Part shown: positions 14,806 through 27,561 of the stretch, in pieces
How the letters are laid out: each line of letters starts with the position of its first letter
How positions within the stretch are numbered: position 1 is the stretch's first letter
Assembly: GCF_009914755.1 (NCBI RefSeq)
Contig: NC_060947.1
Direction: 5' to 3' (one strand)
DNA from: the human T2T-CHM13v2.0 reference genome, Homo sapiens
DNA length: 64,000 nt
The notes under the pieces: model-generated
Databases searched by the model: none
Told to the model about the DNA's origin: nothing
Seen by the model: only the letters and a program-made list of their open reading frames with translations
Made by a program: the position numbers and the translations under genes

Positions 14806-17550
14806 GCAACAACTAGCACAATGAATACAACAGGACCTCACATGTCAACATGAACATTAAATGTCAATGGTCCAAATGCTTCACTTAAAAATACAGAATA
14901 GTGAAATGGATAAAAATCCACCAAGTATCTGCTGTCTTCAAGAGACTCACATAACACATAAGGACTCACATAAATTTAAGGTAAAAAGGTAGAAAAAATA
15001 TTCCATGCAAACAAAAACCAAAAGTGAGCAGGAGTAGCTATTCTTATGTCAGACAAAACAGACTTTAAAGCAACAAGAGTTAAAAAAGACAAAGAGGGAA
15101 GTTATATAATGACAAAAGTGTCAGTCCAAAAGGAAATGATCACAATCCTAAATATATATGCTGCTAACACTGGAGCTCTCAAATTCATAAAACAATTATT
15201 ACTAGACCTAAGACACGAGATAGATGGCAACACAATAATATTGCGGGACTTCAATACTCCACTGAGAGCCCTAGACAGATCATGAAGACAGGAAGTCAAC
15301 AAAGAAACAATGGACACACACTATACCTAAAACAAATGAATTTAACAGATATTCACAGAGCATTCTACCCAATAACTGCTGAATATACATTCTTTTCATC
15401 AGCCCATGGAACACTCTCCAAGATAGATCATATGATAAGCCACAAAAAAACAGTCTCAATAAGTTTAAGAAAATCAAAATTATATCAGGTACCCTCTCAG
15501 GCCGCAGTGGAATAAAATTGAAAATTAACTCCTAAAGCGACACTCAAAACCATACAAATACATGGAAATTAAATAATCGGCTCTTGAATGATACTTGGGT
15601 CAACATTGAAATCAATATAAATTTTAAAAATTATTTTAACTGAATAACAGTGACAGAATTTATCAAAACCTCTATGATACAGCAAAAGCAGTGCTAAGAG
15701 CAAAGTTCATAGCATTAAATGCCTACATCAAAAAGTCTGAAAGAGCACAGACAATCTAAGTTTACACCTCAAGTAACTAGAGAAACAAGAACAAACCAAA
15801 CTCAAGCCCAGTAGAGGAAAAGAAATAATAAAAATCGGAGCAGAACTAGATGAAGTTGAAACAAAAAAATACAAAAGATAAATGAAAAAGCTGTTTCTTT
15901 GAAATGAGAAACAAAATTGATAGAGCATGAGTGAGATTAACAAAGCAAAGAGAGATCCAAGTAAGTTCAATTAGAAATGAAACGAGAGGTATTACAACTG
16001 TTACCACAGAAGTACGAAAGTTCATTTACCGGCACCATGAATATCTGTATACAAACAAACTAGAAAATCTAGAGGAGATGGATACATTCCTGGGAATATA
16101 CAACCTTTCTAGATTAAATCAGGAAGAAACAGAAACTCCAAACGGGCTAATAACATGTAGCAAGATTAAAACAGTAATTAAACACTGTCAACAAATAATT
16201 CTGGGACCAGATGGTTTCACAGCTTAATTCTATCAGGCATTCCAAGAAGAACTGGTACCAATCTTACTGAAACTATTCCAAAAGATAGAAAAAGAAGGAA
16301 TCCTCCCTAAATCATCCTATGAAGCCAGTATCACCCTAATACTAAACCAGGAAAGGACCTAACAATAAAACAAAACTATAGACCAATATCTTTGATGAAG
16401 ATAAATGAAAAACTCCTCAACAAAATACAAGCTAACTGAATTCTGCAGCATATCAAAAAGATCAACTGCGTTTCATACCAGCGATTATTTAACATATACA
16501 AGTCATTAAATGTGATACATCTCAAAAAAAGAATTAAAAACAAAAATTATATGATCATCGCAATAGATTAGAAAAATCATTCAAAAAATCCAGCAGCACT
16601 TTGTGATTAAAACCCTCACAAAAACTGGCCTAGAAGGGACACACTTCAAGGTAATAAAAGCGGTCTATGACAAACCCACAGCCAACGTTATACTGAAGGG
16701 GAGAAAAGTTGAAAGCAATCCCCTGAGAACTGAAACAAGACACAAATGTCCACTTTCAACACTTATATTCAACCTAGTACTGGAAGTCCTATCCAGATCA
16801 ATTAGACAAGAGAAAAAAATAAAGGGCGTCCAAACTGGAAAAATGGAAGTCAAACTCTTACTGTTTGCCAGTGATATGATTGTACACCTACAAAACCCTA
16901 AAGACTCATCCCAAAAGCTCCTAAATCCGATAAATGAATTCAGTAAGGTTTCATGATACAATATGAATGTACACAAATCAGTAGCACTGCTATACACCAA
17001 CAGTGACCAAGCCGAGAATCAAATTAAGAAGTCAACCCATTTTCACCAGTTGCAAAAAATAAAATACTTAGGAATATACCTATGCAAGGAGGTGAAAGAG
17101 CTCTACAGGGAAACTACAAAACATTGTTAAAAGAAATCACAGACAAATGGAAACACATCTCATGCTCATGGATGCGGAGAATCAATATTGTGAAAATGAC
17201 CATAGTGCCAAAAGTAATCTATAGATGCGATGCAATTTCCATCAAAATACCATCATCATTCTTCATAGAACTAGAAAAAGCAATCCTAAAATTCCTATGG
17301 CACCCCCAAAGAGCCCCTATAGTCAATGCAAGATTAAGCAAAAAGAACAAATCTGGAGGCATCACATTATCTGACTTCAAACTATACTACAAGGGAAGGG
17401 TGGGAGGGGGGTAAAGGATAAAAGACTACACATTGGGTACAGTGTACACTGCTCAGTTGACAGATGCACCAAAATCTCAGAAATCGTCACTAAAGAACTT
17501 TTCCATGCAACCAAATACCGCCTGTTCCCCCAAAACTATTGAAACAAAAA
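14806..17550 (+). mobile_element. L1PB-type LINE-1, 3' part (degraded ORF2, internal deletion at ~17392, 3'UTR)
   Basis: Endonuclease remnants (SDKTDFK, ILNIYA, DFNTPL), RT remnants (LFASDMIV), and an L1PB 3' end ggataaaagactacacattgggtacagtgtacactgct. Confidence 0.9.
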
Positions 17551-17658
17551 GGATAGATTGCTATTTGTTAACTTTCTTTCCTATTGAGCACTCATATCTT
17601 ATAGGAAGTCTTACTAGGAATTATTGTGTTTGATTTTTTGATGCCAAAAACTCTCTGG

Positions 17659-17707
17659 CTTTAATGTGTCAGGAAGACAACATTGTAAAAAGCTGGAGAA
17701 GAAGGAG
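17659..17707 (+). pseudogene. Decayed exon-like block D (copy 2)
   Basis: FNVSGRQHCKKLEKKE ending GAG|gtaaag (phase 0); homologous to 577-623. Confidence 0.45.
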
Positions 17708-18064
17708 GTAAAGTCATTCTCATTCATGGTTTTAGGGCTCGGTTCTCTGAATACTAAGAACTCTTATGAGAAAAGAGTTGAATATTGCTAATGACTTAAA
17801 ACACTTACCAGATGTTTTAGGTTGCACAATGCTCTATTGAATATTATTTCAGACCTCCATTAGTGTAATAGTATAACTAGAGTGCTCTGAAAAATTTTTA
17901 GTGACAAGAGGTAAGATGGTGGGACAAAAAGGAAATTTGCAAAAAAAATGAGCATGTTTTTTGTCCACAAGATATAACCCATCAGAAAACATGATGAAAA
18001 TAACAAAAAGATAAATATATATACATACACATAATTACTATGCACAAATCTATATTATTTCCAG

Positions 18065-18262
18065 ACATCGATGAATAAAACAGCAAATCTGTCCAATGAA
18101 CCCGGAGGTGGATGGCACAACCTATTATGAACCCATTTCAGGGGATGAGTTAGATCTACTTCGAAAGCCCATTCCCAATTGCTGAGGCTAACCTCCATTG
18201 ACCAGTTGTCCACATTTGGCTATCACAGTTCAAATGGCAGCAACGTTGCTCCTGCGCTGAAA
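18065..18262 (+). pseudogene. Decayed exon-like block A (copy 2)
   Basis: tattttccag acceptor; TSMNKTANLS, frameshift, EPISGDELDLLRKP; AAA|gtgaat donor. Confidence 0.55.
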
Positions 18263-18679
18263 GTGAATCTTTTGTTGGAAAACTTATGTTTCATTGTCAC
18301 GTGTATGTACTTCATTAGAGTCAAGAATAACTTCCAAAATATAGACTATTAAGAAAGAAAACATTTGGCACTACAGGTCCCAGCATATCCCACCTATTAC
18401 AGTGTGATAATTAACTTCCTTCCAGTTTTAATTAAAAGTGAGTGATAAAACTACTCATCATGGTGTTAGTATTACTTAGTAGTAATACTGTTGAAAAGAC
18501 CAAGAAAAGGGGAAAGAAGTTAAAGAAGAATGGGAGGAAGACGAGGAGGAGAAGAGGAGGAGTCAGATGAGGAAGGGGAAGGAAAAGAGGAAAAAGGTGA
18601 AGAACAGGAAGAAGAGAAAGAGGAAAAAGAAAAGAAAGAAAACAACAGGAGGAATGTTATTCCATTTCCTTACTTCTCA

Positions 18680-19148
18680 TTTATTTTTAAATTTTTTTTA
18701 TTTTCATAGGTTATTGGGGAACAGGTGGTGTTTGGTTACATCAGTAAATTCTTTGGTGGTTGTGATATTTTGTTGCACCCATCACCCAAGCAGTATAAAC
18801 TGAACCCAATTTGTTGACTTATCCCTCACCTGCTTCCCTTCCTTTCCCCCTGAGTTCCCAAAGTCCATTTTGTCTTTCATTATGCCTTTGCATCCCCATA
18901 GCTTAGCTCCCACATGTGCCTGAGTATATACAATGTTTGGTATTCCATTCCTGAGTTACTTCACTTAGAATAATATTCTCCAGTCTCATCCAGGTTGCTG
19001 CAAATACCATTAATTAATTCCTTTTTATGGCTGAGTAGTCACAGAATTAGAAAAAAACAATCCTAACATTCATATGGAACCAAAAAAGAGCCTGCATAGC
19101 CAAAGCAAGACTGAGCAAAAAGAACAAATCTAGAGGCATCACATTACC
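18680..19148 (-). mobile_element. Short L1PB with inversion (3' end on - strand 18680-19039; ORF2 piece on + strand 19040-19148)
   Basis: Poly-T and reverse-complemented L1PB 3'UTR fused at ggctgagtagt|cacagaattagaaaaaaacaatcc to sense ORF2 sequence. Confidence 0.8.
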
Positions 19149-19729
19149 ATTAATATGTGTTATCAAACACATATTAATGTATATGTGTTATCAAACACAT
19201 ATTAATGTATATGTGTTTGAGCCTGGGAATATTCTTTAATATTATGCCCAGACAGATAACATGGATTAATGAAAAAGGGTTGAATGGAGATTTTATGGAA
19301 GAGATGACTAGTTTTTGTTAAATATGTTTGCATATTTAATAATTAAATATGTTAAATATGTTTTGTTAAATATGTCACTAGTTAAATTGAGAACATGCTT
19401 TGGCATGATGTGGCTACTGTTGTCATTGAGGACAGTCAGGGGGCTCAGTACACTATGATCTCATATAACCCTCATTACCAGCTACCTTTCCAGACAAGAA
19501 AATATCAAGATTCCACATCACAGGTTTATCTTGAAGGTTAAATACTGCAATATATGTGCTACAAATTACCACAGATATAATGACAACATCTCATCTTTGG
19601 ATTCCCTATCCAACATAATACATCCATTCCTGACCTTTGCACTACCTACTTGGAAACCTCTTTCCTTTGTCATGGGTTAGGATTAACCACATAATTTACT
19701 TAATTTAAGACCTGAAGGTCTCTAGAGGA

Positions 19730-20065
19730 AGGGTCCCCAGTCCCCAGGCCATGGACCGGTACCAGTCCGTGGCCTGTTAGGAACTAGGCTGCACAACCGG
19801 AGGTGAGAGGCAAGGAAGCCAGCATTACCACTTCCTGTCAGATCAGTGGCAGCATTAAAATCTCATAGGAGTGTGAACATTATTGTGAACTGCATGTGTT
19901 GGAGATCTACATTCTGCACATCTTATCAGAATCTAGCTAGAGAATCTAATGCTTGATGATCTGAACTGGAACAGTTTCATCCTGAAACCATCCCCCTATT
20001 CCCAGTCCATGGAAAAATTATCTTCCACAAAACCGGTCCCTGGTGCCAAAAAGGTTGGGGCCTTT
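19730..20065 (+). mobile_element. MER1B (hAT-Charlie)
   Basis: gggtccccag...ggaccggtaccagtccgtggcctgttaggaac ... ggtccctggtgccaaaaaggttgggg. Confidence 0.85.
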
Positions 20066-20165
20066 GCTCCCGAGAGTATAAAAGTGAGGAGTCTGCCAAG
20101 GCCATAGTATCTAAACCAGTACCAACCTCACCCTACAATGACGACAGAAGGCCTAGATCTTTGAA

Positions 20166-20663
20166 CTGAAGTGAACATCTTGTCTCTAAAAGATAAATGT
20201 AGAAAAATGGGTGCGGCCTATTTCCAACATTTAGCATGCTCTCTGACTCACTATGAAAATAGAATGTGGAGTTTGCCTGTAGTTTTGTAATGCCTCATGC
20301 ACATAGTTACTACCAAACACCCAAAGAACTGAAGAAAATTAACCAAAAAGGATGACTACTGTTAACTTGCTTTAGTAAGTTGGGTAGACAAATAAGACAT
20401 ATACAAAAACCAAAAGCTTCCCTTAGTATCAGCAATCATTATATTAAAACATATTTGGAAACTACTGATTTTGATAATGGAGAAAAGGTAATTCAGTTCA
20501 ACATTACTGCTTTGGACAACTAAGTAAGCTAAGCAACATACATTTTACAACTCCTCTTGAAAGTCTTAAAGACCTTCCTGTAAATGAGGAAATGCCTGGC
20601 CAAAATCCAAAAGACAAGAACAAAGAAAGGTAAGCCCTGTCTCAAATGTGCTTTGCACAGATG
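20166..20663 (+). repeat. ~490-bp local direct duplication, copy 2
   Basis: Aligns with 8391-8880. Confidence 0.95.
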
Positions 20664-20689
20664 GCAGTTTCTTCTAATATGATGAGGTT

Positions 20690-21250
20690 CAAGTCCATCT
20701 TCCATATACCTACCAGAGTTTTCCTTTAAAAATATTAGACAGACTATACCAATCCTTTGCTCAAAGGCTTCAATAGCTGCTCATATCATTCAAAATAAAA
20801 TCCAAGCGAAATCGTTGCCCTATAAGAGGCCTTCTCTGATCTGTCCCACCCCCTGCCCTTTTGACTCCACCCTCTACAATGCTAACTTCTCCTTCTGCTC
20901 TCCCATTTCCTCTCTTCCTTGAAAATCTGGGAACACTCCTCCAAGCAAGAAATTATCAGGAGATCCTCCCTCAGCCTTCAATGTTCCTCCAGAGAGCCAC
21001 CAGGCTTGCTCCCTCACTTCCTCCAAGTCCCTTCTAAAATACCACATTACCAACAAGAGCCTTGACTGATTCCTCCTCCCATTCCTTACCAACACTGCTT
21101 TTTTCTTTAAAATGCTGACATTCTTGGTTACTTGTTCGTTTTCTGTCTCTTCCTACTACAATAGAAGGATAAGCTGTTTTTTTTCACTTTTGTGTCTGCA
21201 ACAGCTAGAACAGTGCTTTGTACATGGTAAGCACTTAAAAATTTGTTAAT
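20690..21250 (+). mobile_element. L2 3' fragment
   Basis: L2-like text (tgctcaaaggcttcaatagctgc, ctagaacagtgctttgtacatggtaagcacttaaaa). Confidence 0.7.
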
Positions 21251-21550
21251 CTTATCAACAAATAGTAATAGTGTGGTATCACTGCAAGGATTAAATGATA
21301 GCTGATTTATGGAGAACTGTTAACTCCAGTGACGTCAGGTACATAAGATTTCTATAAATTATCAATCCAAGGTAAAGCCTCATTTTATGCCATACATCAA
21401 ACTTCCTTAAAAATGAGTTCAAAAGATGAATTTTAAAATATTATTGCATCTAAACCTATTGATTAAAAGGTATGTCCAACATGTACTGTTAGGAAGAAAA
21501 ACATTGCAGAATCCTATTTAAATAAAATCTTAACTATCTAGATCTATATC

Positions 21551-23821
21551 TGATATGGTTTGGCTATGTCCCCACCCAAATCTCATCTTGAATTCCCACA
21601 TGTTGTGGGAGGGAACTGGTGGGAAGTAATTGAATCATGGAGCAAGTCTTTCCTGTTCTTTTCTCATAATAGTGAATAAGTCTCATGAGATCTGATGGTT
21701 TTAAAAAGAGGTGTTCCTCTGCACAAACCCTCTCATTTTTTTGCCTGACACCATCCACGTAAGACGTGACTTGCTTCTCCTTGTCTTCTACGATGATTGT
21801 GAGGCCTCCCCAGCCATGTGGAACTGTAAGTGTAATAAACCTCTTTTTCTTCACAGTCTGAGGTATATCTTTATCAGCAGCATGAAAATGAACTAATCAA
21901 GTAAATTGGTACCAGTAGAGTGGGACACTGCTGAAAAGATACCCAAAAATGTAAAAGCAACTTTGGAACTGGGTAACAGTCAGAGGTTGGAACAGTTTGG
22001 AGGGCTCAGAAGAAGACAGGAAAATATGGGAAAGTTTGGAACTTCCTAGAGACTTGTTGAACGGTTCTGAAAAAAATGCTCATAGTGATATGAACAATAA
22101 GGTCCAGGCTGAGGTGGTCTCAGGTGGAGATGAGGAATTTGTTGGGAACTGAAGCAAAAGTGACTATTGTTTGTTTAAGCAAAGAGACTGGTGGCATTTT
22201 GCCCCTGCTGTAGAGATTTGCAGAAATTTGAAGTTGACAGAGATGATTTAGGGTATCTGGCAGAAGAAATTTCTAAGCAGCAAAGCATTCAAGAGGTGAT
22301 TTTGGTGCTGTTAAAGGCATTCAGTTTTATAAAGGGAAGCAGAGCATAAAAGTTCAGAAAATTTGTAGCCTAACAATGTGATAGAAAAGAAAATCCCATT
22401 TTCTGAGGAGAAATTCAAGCTGGCTGCAGAAATTTGCATAAGTAACAAAAAGCCAAATGTTAATCCCCAGGGCAGTGGGGAAAATGTTCCCAGGACATGT
22501 CAGAGGTCTTCATGACAGCCCCTCCCATCACAGGTCCAGAAGCCTAGGAGGAAAAAATGGTTTTGTGGGCCAGGCCCAAGGTCCCTGTGCAGTGTGCAGT
22601 CTAGGGACTTGGTGCCCTGCTCCCCAGCTGTTCCAGTCATGGCCGGAAGGGGCCAACATAGAGCTCAGGCTGTTGCTTCAGAGGGTGCAAGCCCCAAGCA
22701 TTGGTAGCTTCCATGTGGTATTAAACCCGCGGGTGCACAGAAGTCAAGAATTAAGGTTTGAGAACCACTGCCTAGATTTCAGAAGATATACAGAAACACC
22801 TGTATGCAGAAGTTTGCTGCAGGGGTGGGGCTCTCATGGAGAACCTCTGCTAGGGCAGTGCAGAAGGGAAATGTGGGGTCAGAGCCCTCACACAGAGTCC
22901 CCACTGGGCACTGCCTAGTGGAGCTGTGAGAAGAGGGCCACCATCCTCCAAACCTCAATATGGTATATCCACAGACAGCTTGCACTATGCACCTGGAAAA
23001 GCCACAGACACTAATTGCCAGCTCATGAAAGCAGCTGGGAGAAAGGCTGTACCCTGCAAAGCCACAGGAGCAGAGCTGCCCAAGACCATGGGATCCACCT
23101 TTTACATCAGCATGACCTGGATGTGAGATGTGGAATCAAAGGAGATCATTTTGGAACTTTAAGATTTGACTGCCCCGCTGGATTTCAGACTTGCATGGGG
23201 CCTGTAGCCCCTTTGTTTTGGCCAATTTATCCCATTTGGAGCAGCTGTATTTACCCAATGCCTGTATTCCCATTGTATCTAGGAAGTAACTAACTTGCTT
23301 TTGATTTTACAGGCTCATAGGCAGAAGGGACTTGCCTTGTCTCATATGAGATGTTGGACTGTGGACTTTTGAATTAATGTTGAAATGAGTTAACACTTTG
23401 GGGGACTGTTGGGAAGGCATGATTGGTTTTGAAATGTGAGGACATGAGATTTGGGAGGGGCCGGGGCAGAATAATATGGTTTGGCTGTGTCCCCTCCCAA
23501 ATCTCATCTTGAGTTCCCATGTGTTGTGGGAGGGACCTGGTGGGAAGTAATTGAATCATGGGGGCAAGTCTTTCCTCTGCTGTTTTCATGATAGTGAATA
23601 AGTCTCACAAGATCTGATGGTTTCATAAGGAGGAGTTCCCCCACACAAGTTCTCTCTCTTTGCCTGCCACCATCTACGTAAGATGTGACTTGCTCCTCTC
23701 CTTGCCTTCCACCAGGATTGTGAGGCTTCACCAGCCATGTGGAACTGTAAGCCCATTAAACCTTTTTTTCTTTGCAGTCTTGGGCATGTCTTTATCAGTA
23801 GTGTGAAAATGGACTAATACA
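21551..23821 (+). mobile_element. Complete THE1 provirus (LTR 21551-21900, internal 21901-23471, LTR 23472-23821)
   Basis: Two LTRs in direct orientation; internal region begins gtaaattggtaccagtagagtggg; 5-bp TSD atatc/atatt. Confidence 0.95.
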
Positions 23822-24216
23822 ATATTTGTATGAATATCTATAGAGAGAAAGAGAAATACATATGCACACCTGTGAATAACAATGTATTTGTTTCAACCTG
23901 CAAAAAGTTGTGGACATGTTCCTGGTTGTTTATCTGGTTTAAGTCAGGAGAGTTAGAATTCAAGACTAGAGGTAGGGATAAGATAGCAATGTTTTTCTAG
24001 ATATGTCTTGCATAATACACTTGATAAGCAAGTATTCATTTATAATTTGCAAAAAACAACAAGAAATAATAATCAAGAAAAATCTGAAATCAAACAAATA
24101 CAACACAGTATATTACCTTAAAGACACACCAATAATCCTCTCCAAAGTCTCCAGATACCCTATCTTTGAAAAGACGTTAAAGGTTGGTCTAAATATACAA
24201 ACCAATAAATCTGACT

Positions 24217-25258
24217 CATCACATAAAAATAACTAAAAACAAAAATGACATGATTATCTCAATAGATGCAGAAAAGGCTTTTGATAATATCCAGCATCCC
24301 TTCATGTTAAAAGCTCTCAACAAACTAGGCATCGAATGAACACACCACAAAATAATAAGAACCATCTATGACAAGCACATAGCCAACATCATAATGAACT
24401 GGCAAAAGCTGGAAGCACTCCTCTTAAGAACTGGAACAAGAGAAGGATGCCCACCCTAAACATTTCTACTCAATGTAAGTACTGGGAATCCTAGCCAGAG
24501 CAATCAGGCAAGAGAAGGACATAAAAGGCATCCAAATAGGGCAAGAAGATGTCAAACTATTTCTGTTTCCAAACGGTATGATTGTATACCTAGAAAACCT
24601 CCATAGTCTCTGCCCAAAGGCTCCTGGATCTTTTAAACAACTTGAGCAAAGTTTTAGGATATAAAATCAATATACAAAATTAGTACAATTTCTATGTATT
24701 AATAAAGTCCAAGCTGAGAGCCAAATCAAGAATGCAATCCAATTCACAATAGTCACAAAAAGAACAAAATACCTAGGAATACAGCTAACTAGGAAAGGGA
24801 AAGATCTCTACACTGAGAATTACAAAAAACTGCTGAAAGAAATCAGAGATGAAACAAGCAAATTAAAATACATTCCATGCTCATGAATAGGAACAATCAA
24901 TATTGCTAAAATGTCAATACTGCATAAAAAGCAATTTATAGATTCAATGCTATTCCTATCAAACTACCAATGACATTTTTCACAGAATTAGAAGAAAACA
25001 TTCAAAAATGCATATGGAACCAAAAAAAGACCCCAAATAGCCAAAGCAATCCTAAGCAAAAGAACAAAGTTGGAAGCATCGCACTACCCCGCTTCAAACC
25101 ACACTACAAGGCTATGGTAACAAAAACAGGATGATACTGGTACAAAAACAGACACATAGAACAACAGAACAGGATAGAGAACTCATAAATAAAGCCACAC
25201 ACCTACAACCATCTGATCTTCAACAAAGCTTACAATAACAAGCAATGAGGAAAGGACA
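24217..25258 (+). mobile_element. L1 (L1PB/old L1PA) ORF2 fragment
   Basis: atgattatctcaatagatgcagaaaaggc ([10 protein letters not shown]) through aagcaatgaggaaaggac. Confidence 0.88.
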
Positions 25259-25811
25259 AAGTATAAAGTACTGAAAATATTTTTTAATCACAAAAATTGA
25301 GAGTAAAAAGGGAGACTTATCTTGTAAAACGGCATAATAAACTACAATAAAAAATTGAGTGGAGAGTGGTTAAGGGCTCCAGAGTTTACAGAGTTCAAGA
25401 AAAAAAATGGTTGTTTCAGATGATAATGGGCAAGCTATATATTTGGAAGAAAAAAGTAAAATCAAAGTTATTCTGCTCTACATAAACAATTATATCCCAC
25501 ATGAAGGAAAAACTTGAATTATAAAAAAAGATTTCTATATAAACAACCCAAGCATATCTAATGTATATTCACTAGTATCTATTTCGTTGAGTGTAGAAAA
25601 TCATGCAGAAGCAGAGGCTGTCAGGCCACCAATACTGAGTATGCAGTGTTGAGGGTATAGATGGAGTGAAGTGGGAAAGACAACTTTTACTCCATTTAGT
25701 TTTGCCTTTTATTCAGGATAAACAAGTACTACCTATTTTCAAATCATGAGAAAGAAAATATGTTAATGCAAGTTAACTTGGAACACTCACTAAGCCTATT
25801 TTACGCACCAT

Positions 25812-26245
25812 GAAGGAAGGAAGGAAGTAAACGGGGAAGGGAAGAGGAGGAGAAAGAAAAGGAGAGGGAAGAGCAAAGAAAAGTAAAAGTGGAAAGAAAA
25901 CGGGGAAAGAAAAGAGGGAAAGTGAGAGGAGGGGAGGGGAAGGGTAGAGAAAGATGGGAAGGGAGAAGAGAGAAAAGAGAAAGGGAAGGGAGGGGAGAGG
26001 AGAGTATTGGAGAGAAGGAGAGGTGAGAGAGGAGAAGACAAAAAAGAGGAGAGGAGAGAGGAGGAGAACAAAAGCAAAGAGGGGAGAGAGATGCTAAGAG
26101 AGAATAGAAGGAGCAGGAGCAGAGGAGAGGAAAGGGAAGGGAAGAGGAGAGGGAGAAAATGAGAAAGAAAGGGAAAGGAGAAGACAAGAAGGAAAGGGAG
26201 GGGGAAAAGAAAAGAAGGGGAGAGGATACAGGAGAAGAGAGGAGG
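25812..26245 (+). repeat. ~430-bp GA-rich homopurine low-complexity tract
   Basis: Almost entirely A/G on the + strand. Confidence 0.95.
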
Positions 26246-26524
26246 CTCCACTGGCATGCACCTAACACAGAGGTAGCGTTGTCAATACAAAATGTTCAAC
26301 AGCATCCATCAAGCTTCTTAATATTACTGAAAGTTGGGGAGAAAAATAAGAAATATTAACTTGCATCTATATTGTCTAATATGAGCAATGACAAACTAAA
26401 ATATATAAATAGGAAAAATACTACTCAAAAAATTTTTGTCATTAAGAGAAGAGAAGGAAAGAGACAGGAGAAGAGGAGAGAGGAGAGAAAGAAGAAAAAG
26501 AAACCTTTAGAAAGAGGAGGTGGG

Positions 26525-26919
<395 letters not shown>

Positions 26920-27089
26920 TCAGAAGCTACTATCAAATGTTTGCTACTGTATCAGATATTGCAGTGAGTGCCTTTACATTGTGAGGACAACGTCAGACAA
27001 CAAATATGCAAACACTTTACAAACAGGGAGCTGGCACAAAAAGATAAGGGAGGATTATAGCCTTGTTTCTAGATCTAATTAAAAGCTTT

Positions 27090-27250
27090 AAATATATATA
27101 TACATATACATATGTGTATATATATACACATATATGTGTGTATATATATACATATATATGTGTGTATATATATACACATATATGTGTGTATATATATACA
27201 CATATGTATATGTATATATATACACACATATATATGTATGTGTGTGTATA

Positions 27251-27266
<16 letters not shown>
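27090..27266. repeat. Compound (TA/CA/TG)n microsatellite adjoining an Alu tail
   Basis: Alternating purine-pyrimidine tract with a ~24-26 bp higher-order unit. Confidence 0.95.
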
Positions 27267-27283
<17 letters not shown>

Positions 27284-27561
27284 GAGACAGAGTCTCTGTC
27301 TCCCAGGCTGGAGTGCAGTGGTGCGATCTCGGCTCACCGCAAACTCCGCCTCCCGGGTTCACGCCATTCTCCTGGCCTCAGCCTCCCAGGTAGCTGGGAC
27401 TACAGGCGCCCGCCACCACGCCTGGCCAATTTTTTGTACTTTTAGTAGAGACGGGGTTTCACCGTGTTAGCCAGAATAGTCTCTGTCTCCTGACCTTGTG
27501 ATCCGCCCGCCTCGGCCTCCCAAAGTGCTGGGATTACAGGTATGAGCCACCGCACCCAGCC
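27267..27561 (-). mobile_element. AluY
   Basis: gggttcacgccattctcctg and tttcaccgtgttagcc. Confidence 0.93.

Noticed and set aside
18063-18090. GAC ATC GAT GAA as a calcium-binding EGF start (DIDEC)
   Set aside because: No cysteine spacing follows, and the frame with synonymous conservation is a different one.
22457-22918. 153-aa ORF
   Set aside because: Degenerate THE1 internal sequence.
25796-26268. 153-155 aa L/S/P/F-rich ORFs on the - strand
   Set aside because: Artefact of the homopurine tract lacking stop codons.
27017-27470. Y/I/V-rich ORFs
   Set aside because: Translation of a microsatellite plus Alu.
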